A DNA stretch of 61,734 bases, counting the filler. It is 8 parts of 8 records of this genome, joined end to end, with 100 filler letters (N's around TTAATTAATTAA, not from the genome) between each part and the next. Parts side by side here need not be neighbours in the genome. Positions count along the whole stretch, not along the records: positions 37,718 to 54,172 come from SRR20825010_5342; positions 54,273 to 58,118 come from SRR20825010_5343; positions 58,219 to 61,734 come from SRR20825010_5368; 5 more parts are not named here. The stretch is one strand, 5' to 3'. Positions within the stretch are counted from its first letter, which is position 1. Each line of letters begins with the position of its first letter. Shown one piece after another: positions 53,143 through 61,734 of this stretch. A program made the translations under genes and the position numbers. The notes under the pieces are model-generated. The model ran no database searches, was not told where the DNA came from, and saw only the letters and a list, made by a program, of their open reading frames with translations.

Positions 53143-54102
53143 ATGGCTGGTTTGATTATTTCCGGACTTCTCGCCCTCGGCGTTGTCGTTCTTCTCTTTA
53201 TGGTGATTCGCATCGTGCCCCAGCGCCAGGTGTATGTGGTTGAACGGTTGGGCAAATACCAGACGTCTTTGGACGCAGGCCTGCATTTTTTGATGCCCTT
53301 TATCGACCGTGTCGCCTACAAACACTCCCAGAAAGAAATTGTTCGCGACGTACCGCGCCAAAGCTGTATCACCAAGGACAATATCGAAGTCTCCATCGAT
53401 GGCGTCATGTACCTGCAAGTGGTCGATCCCAAAGCGGCCAGTTACGGCGTGGATGACTATGTCATGGCCGCTCAGCAACTGGCTCAGACCACACTGCGTT
53501 CGGTGATCGGTAAAATCGATCTGGACAAAACCTTCGAAGAGCGTGGCGAAATCAATATGGAAGTGGTTCGTGCCGTAGACGAAGCGGCCCAGCCCTGGGG
53601 CGTGAAGGTCCTGCGTTACGAAGTGGCCGACATCAATCTGCCCGTGTCCATCAAGGACGCCATGGAGAAACAGGTCCGCGCCGAGCGGGAACGTCGCGCG
53701 GTGGTTGCTGAATCCGAAGGTGAGCGCCAGGCCGCCATTAACCGTTCCGAGGGTGACCGCCAGGCGGCGATCAACCGCTCCGAAGGTGAAAAGCAGGAGA
53801 TGATCAACATCTCTGAAGGTGAAAAAATGAAGCAGATCAACGAAGCGGAAGGGCGCGCGCAGCAAATCGAGCTGATCGCCACCGCCACCGGCGAAGGTCT
53901 GCGCCAGGTTGCCGCTGCAGTAAAAGAAGACGGCGGCCAGGAAGCGGTCAGCCTGCGCATCGCAGAGCAATACGTTACCGCCTTCGAAAAAGTGGCCAAG
54001 GAATCCACCACCATGCTGCTGCCCCAGGGCCTCAGCGATATTGGTGGCACCGTCGCCAGCCTGCAAAAAGTCCTCAAGACCGTGGAAAAAACCCCGGCCT
54101 GA
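53143..54102 (+). CDS. SPFH/band 7 stomatin-like protein (QmcA-like)
   Basis: VVERLGKY, ITKDN, QTTLRSVIG, WGVKVLRYE, AERERRA and 11-aa SEG repeats. Confidence 0.93.
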   Translation: MAGLIISGLLALGVVVLLFMVIRIVPQRQVYVVERLGKYQTSLDAGLHFLMPFIDRVAYKHSQKEIVRDVPRQSCITKDNIEVSIDGVMYLQVVDPKAASYGVDDYVMAAQQLAQTTLRSVIGKIDLDKTFEERGEINMEVVRAVDEAAQPWGVKVLRYEVADINLPVSIKDAMEKQVRAERERRAVVAESEGERQAAINRSEGDRQAAINRSEGEKQEMINISEGEKMKQINEAEGRAQQIELIATATGEGLRQVAAAVKEDGGQEAVSLRIAEQYVTAFEKVAKESTTMLLPQGLSDIGGTVASLQKVLKTVEKTPA

Positions 54103-54113
54103 TCCCCACTTAA

Positions 54114-54170
54114 GGAGCTTGCCCAGGCAAGCTCCGCCCTCTCTGTAGGAGCACCGCTTGAGGTGCGAAC
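54114..54170. repeat. Palindrome plus GTAG-type REP at the contig end
   Basis: GGAGCTTGCC-CA-GGCAAGCTCC (54114-54135), then GTAGGA-GCACC-GCTTGA-GGTGC-GAAC (54145-54170). Confidence 0.7.
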
Positions 54171-54172
54171 CA

Positions 54173-54272
54173 NNNNNNNNNNNNNNNNNNNNNNNNNNNN
54201 NNNNNNNNNNNNNNNNTTAATTAATTAANNNNNNNNNNNNNNNNNNNNNNNNNNNNNNNNNNNNNNNNNNNN
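54173..54272. other. Artificial contig spacer
   Basis: N44-TTAATTAATTAA-N44. Confidence 0.98.
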
Positions 54273-55838
54273 GCCCAGCGTGATGGCAAAGCCGCGCACC
54301 GGACCAGACCCCATGACATACAGGATCACCGCCGTGATAAAGGTGGTGATGTTCGCGTCGACGATCGCAGACAGCGCCTTTTCATAACCCAGTTCGATCG
54401 CCCGCGCAGGCCCCTTGGCGGTGCGCAGTTCTTCGCGGATTCGTTCGAACACCAGCACGTTGGCGTCAACGGCCATACCCACGGTCAAAACGATCCCCGC
54501 GATGCCCGGCAGGGTCAGCGTGGCCCCGATCAGCGACAGCAGACCAAAGATCAGCGCGATGTTGAGGATCAGCGCGATATTGGCAAAGATCCCGAACAAT
54601 CCATAGCTGAGCGCCATAAAGACCAGCACCGCGACAAAGGCCACCATCGTGGCGATCTTGCCCGCGTCGATGCTGTCCTGCCCCAGTTCCGGGCCGATTG
54701 TGCGTTCTTCAAGGAACACCATCTTGGCAGGCAGCGCACCCGCGCGCAGCAGCACCGCCAGATGGGTCGATTCCTCGACCGTAAAGTTGCCGGTGATGAT
54801 GCCCGATCCGCCGGGAATATGGCTTTGGATGACCGGGGCGCTGATCACCTCGTTGTCCAGCACGATGGCAAACGGAGAGCCGATATTGTTGGCGGTATAA
54901 TCGCCGAACTTGCGCGCGCCTGACGGGTTGAAGTTGAAATTCACCGCCGGGCGGCCGTTCTGGTCAAAGGCGGGCTGCGCGTTGGTCAGTTCCTCACCTG
55001 TGACCACAGGGGCCTGTTCAAGGATATAGAACAACCCTTCCTCGTCCAGCGACGGCACCAGTTCATTGCCCGCACCCGGGCGTTCGCTGGCATCCGTGGT
55101 CCGGCTGATCACCGGCTGAAAGGTCAGCTGCGCAGTGGTGCCGATGATGGCCTTGAGTTCCGCTGCCGATCCGATGCCCGGCACCTGAATCAGAATGCGG
55201 TCAAAACCCTGTCTCTGGATCGTTGGTTCGCGCGTGCCGACCTCGTCGATACGGCGGCGAATGATCTCAAGGCTTTGCTGCATGGTACGGTTGTCCATGG
55301 CCTGCTGTTCGGCCTCGGACAGGGACACGACGATCACGTCGTCTTCGCCCCGGACAACAATGTCGGTGGACCCGGCCCCTGTCAGCGAAACGACCGGTTG
55401 CGCCAGTCCGCGGACCAGTTCCATCGCCCGATCCATGCCGCCGGGTTCAGAAATCTTGACCCGCAGTTCACCGTTGGTGCCAGAGGGTTGCAAACGAATG
55501 GTGCCCACGGTGTCGCGCGCATCGCGCAGCACATCACGCACTTCGGGCCAAAGCGCCTCCATGCGGGCCTCGTAGACCTCGTCTACCTGAACCTCTGCCA
55601 GCAGATGCGCACCGCCGCGCAGGTCCAGCCCAAGGTTCACCAGCCCCGAAGGCAGGAACGACGGCCAAGTGGCCGCCGCGTCCCGATTTTCGGTTGTGTC
55701 GAACCCTGCATCAATCGCCTTTACGGCGTCGTTGTGGGTTTCCACCCGGTTGTAAAAGACGTTTGGCGTGGCAAGGATCAGGCCGACCGCGACGGTCATC
55801 CAGATCAGCACGCGTTTCCAGAGATCGACCTGCAGCAT
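54273..55838 (-). CDS. secD: Protein translocase subunit SecD (3' truncated)
   Basis: LGLDLRGG, RRIDEVGTREP, LRAGALPA, TIGPELG, GMAVDANVLVFERIREE. Confidence 0.96.
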
Positions 55839-55844
55839 CCGGGA

Positions 55845-56132
55845 TCAGCTTTCTGCTGGTTCAGTTTTCGACAAAACCTGCGCGATGGTCGCCTTGACCA
55901 CACGGACTTTGACGCCCTCGGCGATTTCGACTTCGATTTCCTTGTCGTCCTTGACCTTGACGACCTTGCCGATCAACCCGCCCTGAGTCACGACCTGATC
56001 ACCGCGGCGAACGGCATTGACCATGTTCTGATGCTGCTTCATCTTCTTTTGCTGCGGGCGGATCAGCAAAAAGTACATGATCGCGAAGATCAGGATGAGC
56101 GGAAGAAATTGGCCGATTGCGCTTGCGTCCAT
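55845..56132 (-). CDS. yajC: Preprotein translocase subunit YajC
   Basis: MYFLLIRPQQKK, GDQVVTQGGLIG. AGGAG RBS before ATG 56132. Confidence 0.95.
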   Translation of the reverse strand: MDASAIGQFLPLILIFAIMYFLLIRPQQKKMKQHQNMVNAVRRGDQVVTQGGLIGKVVKVKDDKEIEVEIAEGVKVRVVKATIAQVLSKTEPAES

Positions 56133-56348
56133 TTGGGATGCTCCTGTTGAATTAAGACGGGGCACCCCCCGCGAAAGCTGGCCGGAACCTATGCGCGGCG
56201 CTGGTCAGATGCAAGGCGGGGCAGAACCATGAACCGCATTGACGGAAAGGTGACTTTGTCGCGGCAGGATACGGTGCAGAAACAGGCCCCTCCAAGGCGG
56301 GATCCCGCGGGCGATTGCCCTCAGGCATAAGCCGGATCGGAACAGACG

Positions 56349-57035
56349 ATGCTCAAGACCATTCCGACCCTTGGACACAGGATTGCTCTGACGCTTGGCG
56401 GCCTCTGGCTGGCGCTGTGCCACCCCGATCCAGCCTGGGCCGGGGATGAACCCGCCATCGGGCGGCTCAACACCGCAGGCTATCGCACCTCCGAGATGTG
56501 TACCGCCACGCTGATCGCCCCCGACCGCGCGCTGACCGCCGCCCATTGCGTCACCCGGCCAGAGGACGGCTATCTCAAACGCCTCACCGACATGGTCTTT
56601 GTCGCGGGCTGGGACGGCAGCCGCCACAGCGGCGCGTCCCGGATCAAGGCGGTGCATGTGCATCCAAAGGCGTTTTCAGGCGGCCAGTTCGACCTGCGCC
56701 ACGACATCGCCGTCATCGACCTGAACGAACCGCTTGCCCCCGCGCCGCTGCCCATCGGCTCCACCGCTCTGCCCGGCCCGCTGACGTTGATGGGATATCG
56801 CCGTTCACGGCCCCACCGGCTGACGGTCACACCGCTGTGCTACGGGACCGAAACCAGCAGCATCTGGCGCATCGCCTGCCGGGTCGAACCGGGGCAAAGC
56901 GGCGGCCCGGTGCTGATTGGGACCGGCGCAGCCCGCCGCATCGTTGGCGTCATCGTGGCCGTCACCCGCGACGAAGAGGCGCTGGTGGTGCCTGTGGACG
57001 ACTGGCTGCGGCGACAAATTGCGCCAACCCGTTGA
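56349..57035 (+). CDS. Secreted trypsin-like (V8-type) serine protease
   Basis: Signal peptide, CTATLI, TAAHC, HDIAV, GQSGGP catalytic triad. Confidence 0.88.
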   Translation: MLKTIPTLGHRIALTLGGLWLALCHPDPAWAGDEPAIGRLNTAGYRTSEMCTATLIAPDRALTAAHCVTRPEDGYLKRLTDMVFVAGWDGSRHSGASRIKAVHVHPKAFSGGQFDLRHDIAVIDLNEPLAPAPLPIGSTALPGPLTLMGYRRSRPHRLTVTPLCYGTETSSIWRIACRVEPGQSGGPVLIGTGAARRIVGVIVAVTRDEEALVVPVDDWLRRQIAPTR

Positions 57036-57125
57036 GCGCGCGCCCAAAGACCCGCCGCCCCTCTACCGTCCTGCGGTAAGATCGGGCATAACCGGCCCGA
57101 CTCAACTGACCTTTGGAGTGAAGTG

Positions 57126-58118
57126 ATGCACGACATCCGCGCCATTCGCGAAAATCCTGCCGCATGGGATGCGGCCCTCTCGCGCCGTGGGCTGGAACCG
57201 ATGTCGCCATCCGTGCTGGACCTCGACGCCGCCCGCCGCGCCGCGATCACCGCCGCCGAAGTGGCACAGGCCGAACAGAACCGCGCCTCCAAAGAGGTCG
57301 GTAAGGCCAAGGCCAGCGGTGATGAGGCCGAATTTGAACGGCTGCGCGCCCTCGTCGGTCAGAAAAAGGCCGAAGTGGCCGAGATGCAGGACAAGGCCAA
57401 GACGCTGGACAGTCAGCTGACTGACCTGCTCATGGGCATCCCCAACCTGCCGCACCCGGATGTGCCCGACGGCGCGGATGAGGATGACAATGTCGAGATC
57501 CACCGCTGGGGCACGCCCCGCACCTTCGATTTCGCCCCCAAAGAGCACTACGACCTCGACGGCGTGAAACCCGGCATGGACTTTGAGACCGCCGCCAAAC
57601 TGTCCGGCGCGCGCTTTGTCGTGTTGTCCGGCGCCGTGGCCCGCATCCACCGCGCGCTGGCGCAGTTCATGCTCGACACCCATGTCGAGGACAACGGCCT
57701 GACAGAGACATGGACCCCGGTCCTTGTCCGCCCGGAAATGATGTACGGCACCGGTCAACTGCCGAAATTCGGCGAAGACAGCTATGAGACCACCAACGGC
57801 TGGTGGCTGATCCCCACGTCCGAGGTGACGCTGACGAATATCGTCAACGGCCTCGTGGTCGATGAGGGCTATTTGCCCCGCCGCTACGTCGCCCATTCGC
57901 AATGCTTCCGGTCCGAGGCAGGCAGCGCCGGCCGCGACACCGCCGGGATGCTGCGCCAACACCAGTTCGAAAAGGTCGAGATGGTCTCGATCACCAAGCC
58001 TGAAAACAGCCTTGCGGAACACGACCGCATGACCGGCTGCGCACAGGGTATCCTTGAACGGCTGGGCCTGCCCTACCGCACCGTCGCGCTGTGCACCGGC
58101 GACATGGGCTTTGGCGCG
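57126..58118 (+). CDS. serS: Seryl-tRNA synthetase (3' truncated)
   Basis: [62 protein letters not shown]. Confidence 0.96.
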
Positions 58119-58218
58119 NNNNNNNNNNNNNNNNNNNNNNNNNNNNNNNNNNNNNNNNNNNNTTAATTAATTAANNNNNNNNNNNNNNNNNNNNNNNNNN
58201 NNNNNNNNNNNNNNNNNN
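58119..58218. other. Artificial contig spacer
   Basis: N44-TTAATTAATTAA-N44. Confidence 0.98.
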
Positions 58219-58547
58219 ATCTGAAAGCGCCAGCGCCGAAGACCGCGCCGCCCATCCGGGCGATTTGATGATTGAACGTCTGATGATGTCAGGCGGCGGG
58301 CTGGTGGGTCGGGGTCAGAAATCCTTGTCACCGGGTGCTAGGGCACGGGCAAATTTTTGCGGCTAACGTCGATGTGCTGATGGGCGGTCTGATGGCGGAC
58401 CAGCAGTTCCAGAGCAAATGTGAGATCTAGCGCCTCAGCGCTGTCGCTTTGTTGGAGGTTGAGCTGATCACACAGGACGGCAAGTTGGCCGTCGTATAGG
58501 TTCCTGATCCTTGAACCTGTGTCATCAAACCTACCGCCGCAAGACGC

Positions 58548-58898
58548 TCAATATAGATCCCAGTCGTCCTCACTGGAGACTTCGCCAAGCGCCATCCAGC
58601 TTAGTCGGACGCGGGCAATTCGGGTGTCCGCCCATGTGCGAAAGACCAGATCAAACGCCTCTGTGCCGATGTTTTCGGCAACCAGCTCCGCGCGGACGTT
58701 GGCCCGCTGGTCTACATCCCACAGCGACAGTCCGACATGCACACAAGGCGGCGTGCGGAAGGCCTCGGAAAAACGGACGCGTTTGCGGCGCTCACGACTG
58801 CCCTCTCCGGTCCACATGTCGCCGCCCGTGGCGAATTCCGAAAAGACTTCATCGTCGCCCTGGTCCACGCCAATTCGGCTGCCGGTCAGTTTCTTCAT
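58548..58898 (-). CDS. Stand-alone H-type lectin domain protein
   Basis: IGVDQG, MWTGEG, FSEAFRTPPCVHVGLSLWDVD, FRTWADTRIAR, WMALG. Start set to MKKL at 58898. Confidence 0.82.
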   Translation of the reverse strand: MKKLTGSRIGVDQGDDEVFSEFATGGDMWTGEGSRERRKRVRFSEAFRTPPCVHVGLSLWDVDQRANVRAELVAENIGTEAFDLVFRTWADTRIARVRLSWMALGEVSSEDDWDLY

Positions 58899-58973
58899 GC
58901 CATGCCCTTTGTCCGCGCCCATTGGATAATTGGGCAATCGGGCAAAAATGTGAAGGACGAAAGGCAGTTACAG

Positions 58974-59624
58974 TCAGAGCTGGCTTGTAGGTGCATCGAC
59001 GGTCAGGACACCCACGGCGTCCAACCCCACGAGAATGGCATCCACCGCCACCGTGGCAAGGATAATCCCCATCACGCGGGAAATGACCGAGGCCCCGGAA
59101 TTGCCCAGCACCTTTTTCAGGTACGTCCCTAACAGCAACAGAACCAGAGTCAGCACAAGGATAACCGTCAACAGACCCGCCGTCACAAGCTGGTCAGGGA
59201 TCGAATTCTTGTTATTGTCGGTCAGCACCACGATGGCCAGCATTGCGCCCGGAGAGGCGATAGAGGGCATCGCCAACGGAAACACTGCCCCCGACAGGTC
59301 ACCGCGCCCGGCCTCTTCGATTTCACGTTGGGGTTTGGACTCGCCAAAGATCATGGTCATCGCAAAGATGAACAGCACGATACCCCCGGCAATCTGAAAT
59401 GAGCCAAAGCGCAGGCCCAGCCCTTCGAGCAGGAGTTGCCCGGCCACCAGAAACGCGATCAGCACGATCCACGCGACAAAGACGGCACGCAGGGCAAACC
59501 GCCAATGCAGCGCCGCCGGGACCGCAGCCGTCGCGAAATAAAACACCGGCAAAGTACCGATTGGATCAATCACGACCAGCAACGTGATGAAATCACGCAG
59601 CAGGGAGCTGAAGTCAAAGACCAT
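58974..59624 (-). CDS. MarC family membrane protein
   Basis: LLVVIDPIG, FQIAGGI, AVFPLAMPSIASPG, SRVMGIIL. Confidence 0.9.
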   Translation of the reverse strand: MVFDFSSLLRDFITLLVVIDPIGTLPVFYFATAAVPAALHWRFALRAVFVAWIVLIAFLVAGQLLLEGLGLRFGSFQIAGGIVLFIFAMTMIFGESKPQREIEEAGRGDLSGAVFPLAMPSIASPGAMLAIVVLTDNNKNSIPDQLVTAGLLTVILVLTLVLLLLGTYLKKVLGNSGASVISRVMGIILATVAVDAILVGLDAVGVLTVDAPTSQL

Positions 59625-59694
59625 ATGGGCATGCTTTCACGATAGAGGGACCGAAAAGTTATTGTCAGACGGCGACAGCCGCCACAAGGCAAGG

Positions 59695-60912
59695 CTATGC
59701 GCCGACACGGGAACGTGCGCGCATTGGCCAGAAAACTGCCGCACTGACTAGTAACAACGCAGTTGCCACAAGGAATGGGGCCCCCGGTAGATAAAGTGCG
59801 GCGTCCGGCGCCGCAAAAGTGCGGAACAGCGGGGTGATGATCAGCGGCGCCACGATGGCGGCGATGGCGGCCAGACTGGCAATGACCCCCTGCAACAGGC
59901 CCTGCCGGTCCTCATCCACCAGATTCGACGCCATGCCGATTGCGTTCGGCGGAGCCATGTCCGACAGACAGGCAAACGGGAGAAAGGCCCAGACCAGCCA
60001 AGCGGCCGAAATGACGCCATAGGCTGCCGAGGCAATGATGCCCGCGGCCACGGCAATCATTAATGTCCGCCATTCGCCTATCCGAGGGATCAGGACACGC
60101 ATCAACCCGCCCTGAGTGATGGCGACACCCACACCGTAGCCCGCCAGTGAAAAACCTATCAGGCCCGCAGACCAGCCAAACGACTCTCTGGTCCAAAACG
60201 CCCAGAGCACCGGGTAGACCATGTTGGCGAACTCGAACAGGAACAGCCCGATCAGCGGCAGCATCAGACCCGGCAGGCGGGCGGCCTTGATGATCGCGGC
60301 AAAGGGGTTGAGGTCGCGCCGGTCGAAGGGGCGGCGCTTGGCGGGTGGCAGGCTTTCAGGCAGGACCAACAGCCCGAAGGCAAAGTTCAACGCCGCCAAC
60401 CCAGCAGCGGCCCAGAACGGCGCGGTGACATGCACCCCCGCCAGCAAGCCCCCCAATGCCGGGCCAAAGATGAACCCGACGCCGAAGGTGGCACCGATCA
60501 GGCCAAAGTTCGCGGCGCGGTCCTTGGGGTCCGAAATGTCAGCCAGATAGGCGGTCGCGGTGATGTAAGTAGCCCCGGCAATGCCCGCCACCAGACGCCC
60601 GATCAGCAAGATCCAAAACCCCGTCGCCAGCGCCATGATGACATAATCCAAAGCAAGCGCTGCAAGCGTAAACAACAGCACCGGCTTGCGCCCCAGCGCG
60701 TCCGAAATACCGCCCACAGCGGGCGAAAACAGAAACTGCGCCCCGGCATAGGCCGACATCAGCACCCCGCCCCAGAACGCGCCGGTGGCCGTGTCCCCAG
60801 CGCCCACACGTTCCATCAGATCCGGCATGATCGGAAAGATCAGGCCAATCCCAATGGCGTCAATAAAGATGGTCGCAAGGATGAACCAAAGCGCGCCGCG
60901 CGGTGCCGACAT
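59695..60912 (-). CDS. TCR/Tet-family MFS efflux transporter
   Basis: IDAIGIGLIFP, motif A GGISDALGRKPVL, GRLVAGIAGA, FGVGFIFGPALGG, LPESL. Confidence 0.88.
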   Translation of the reverse strand: MSAPRGALWFILATIFIDAIGIGLIFPIMPDLMERVGAGDTATGAFWGGVLMSAYAGAQFLFSPAVGGISDALGRKPVLLFTLAALALDYVIMALATGFWILLIGRLVAGIAGATYITATAYLADISDPKDRAANFGLIGATFGVGFIFGPALGGLLAGVHVTAPFWAAAGLAALNFAFGLLVLPESLPPAKRRPFDRRDLNPFAAIIKAARLPGLMLPLIGLFLFEFANMVYPVLWAFWTRESFGWSAGLIGFSLAGYGVGVAITQGGLMRVLIPRIGEWRTLMIAVAAGIIASAAYGVISAAWLVWAFLPFACLSDMAPPNAIGMASNLVDEDRQGLLQGVIASLAAIAAIVAPLIITPLFRTFAAPDAALYLPGAPFLVATALLLVSAAVFWPMRARSRVGA

Positions 60913-60960
60913 GAAAGACGTCCGATAAATGTTTGCTGCGCATGACGCAGGCCCAAAATG

Positions 60961-60988
60961 AAAAGGCCCCGCCGTGGCGGAGCCTTTT
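60961..60988 (-). terminator. Terminator of the atp operon
   Basis: AAAAGGCCCCGCCGTGGCGGAGCCTTTT hairpin downstream of atpC. Confidence 0.8.
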
Positions 60989-61010
60989 CAATGATAGTTT
61001 GTTCTGTGCC

Positions 61011-61442
61011 TCAGAGCGAGGGCGATTTCGGATCCAGCCCAATGTGCGATCCAACTGCCACCATATCCTGAAGCAACTTGACCGCATCGTCCACCAGACC
61101 GGGATCTTCGGCGGTGTCCTTGGTCACTTGGTAGACGCGGTGCGCCTCATCAACCAATGCCTCATAGGTGGCCTGATCGACATCCGCACGCGGCAGCGCC
61201 TTTTCCGCCAGCACCGACAGGCTTTCGCCGATCTCGGCGAAACCGCCGGTCACGACAAACTCCTCGACGCCCTTCTGGGTCTCGACCGTCAAGACGCCCG
61301 GACGCAGCGTGGTAATCAGCGGCGCATGGTTGGGCATGGCGGTAAGATCGCCATCCGCGCCGGGAATGCGCACCGAAGTCACCTCGGCCGACATAAGACG
61401 GCGCTCGGGCGAGACCAGGTCGAATTGCATCGTTTCTGCCAT
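61011..61442 (-). CDS. atpC: F1 ATP synthase epsilon subunit
   Basis: [38 protein letters not shown] spacing favours ATG 61442. Confidence 0.95.
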   Translation of the reverse strand: MAETMQFDLVSPERRLMSAEVTSVRIPGADGDLTAMPNHAPLITTLRPGVLTVETQKGVEEFVVTGGFAEIGESLSVLAEKALPRADVDQATYEALVDEAHRVYQVTKDTAEDPGLVDDAVKLLQDMVAVGSHIGLDPKSPSL

Positions 61443-61462
61443 GTTCATCTCCTGTACCGGGT

Positions 61463-61527
61463 GGCGGGGTCACCCCCGCCTGCCCCCCGGCGTTTGATCG
61501 TTCGCGCAAGGCGGGGTTACCCCCGCC
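61463..61527. repeat. Two near-identical 18-nt palindromes between atpD and atpC
   Basis: GGCGGGGTCACCCCCGCC (61463-61480) and GGCGGGGTTACCCCCGCC (61510-61527). Confidence 0.8.
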
Positions 61528-61533
61528 GTACGC

Positions 61534-61734
61534 TCAGGCAGCCTCGGCGGCCAGCTTCTCGGCTTTGGCGATCACCTCGTCAATGCCGCCAACCATGTAG
61601 AAGGCTGCTTCGGGCAGGTGGTCGTATTCACCTGCCACAACCGCCTTGAACGACGACACGGTGTCCGCAAGCGGCACCTGAATACCGTCCGAGCCGGTAA
61701 AGACCTTTGCCACGTCGAACGGCTGCGACAGGAA
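61534..61734 (-). CDS. atpD: F1 ATP synthase beta subunit, C-terminal fragment
   Basis: Not in the ORF track. Manual translation: [14 protein letters not shown]...[30 protein letters not shown]. Confidence 0.95.
   Translation of the reverse strand, partial: FLSQPFDVAKVFTGSDGIQVPLADTVSSFKAVVAGEYDHLPEAAFYMVGGIDEVIAKAEKLAAEAA

Noticed and set aside
53710..53860. 33-nt tandem repeat in the SPFH gene as a CRISPR or VNTR
   Set aside because: It encodes the normal 11-residue coiled-coil repeats (SEGxxQAAIN) of this family and has no spacers.
13617..58218. Recurring TTAATTAATTAA as a biological repeat or recombination site
   Set aside because: It is always centred in an exact 100-nt N-padded block and gives stops in all frames, so it is a concatenation linker.
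58219..58547. Possible small ORF or ncRNA at the start of contig 8
   Set aside because: The longest minus-strand open stretch has no start codon after the preceding stop, and I recognised no RNA family.
59695..60912. Acquired tetracycline resistance gene tetA
   Set aside because: Only family-level similarity, with no tetR, no mobile element and host-like composition. Resistance cannot be claimed.

Overview
This window is not one replicon. It is eight contigs joined by seven identical 100-nt artificial spacers (N44-TTAATTAATTAA-N44), so gene neighbourhoods only hold within a contig. Taxon labels are my inference from protein style, gene order and GC. Contig 1 (1-13616, Betaproteobacteria, Limnobacter-like): serS'-rarA-lolA-ftsK / trxB-smr-hydrolase / fumC-glnB-nadE / FemAB-like GNAT / ppa-hemY'. 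Contig 2 (13717-19860, high GC): core of a type 1 BREX system, brxC'-pglX-pglZ', with a sharply low-GC central module in pglX. Contig 3 (19961-25127, Betaproteobacteria): HDOD protein, TRAP dctPQM and a nitrate-type ABC ATPase. Contig 4 (25228-30831, Alphaproteobacteria): prfB with its +1 frameshift site, a TetR/DUF1772/DUF4345 cassette, an M23 peptidase-bactofilin operon and DUF455. Contig 5 (30932-37617): nuoG'HIJKLM'. Contig 6 (37718-54172, Gammaproteobacteria, Alcanivorax-like): pilJ'-pilK-chpA-chpB-chpC, MBL hydrolase, LpxL-like acyltransferase, BCCT transporter, slyD and nfeD-SPFH, ending in a GTAG-type REP. Contig 7 (54273-58118, Rhodobacteraceae-like): secD'-yajC, trypsin-like protease, serS'. 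Contig 8 (58219-61734, Rhodobacteraceae-like): H-type lectin, MarC, Tet-like MFS, atpC, atpD'. Most genes are housekeeping. The least explained signal is three elements in contig 6 made of degenerate 7-nt tandem repeats facing an inverted array of the same repeat. They use two unrelated heptamer sequences but share one architecture. I saw no rRNA, tRNA, CRISPR array or transposase.
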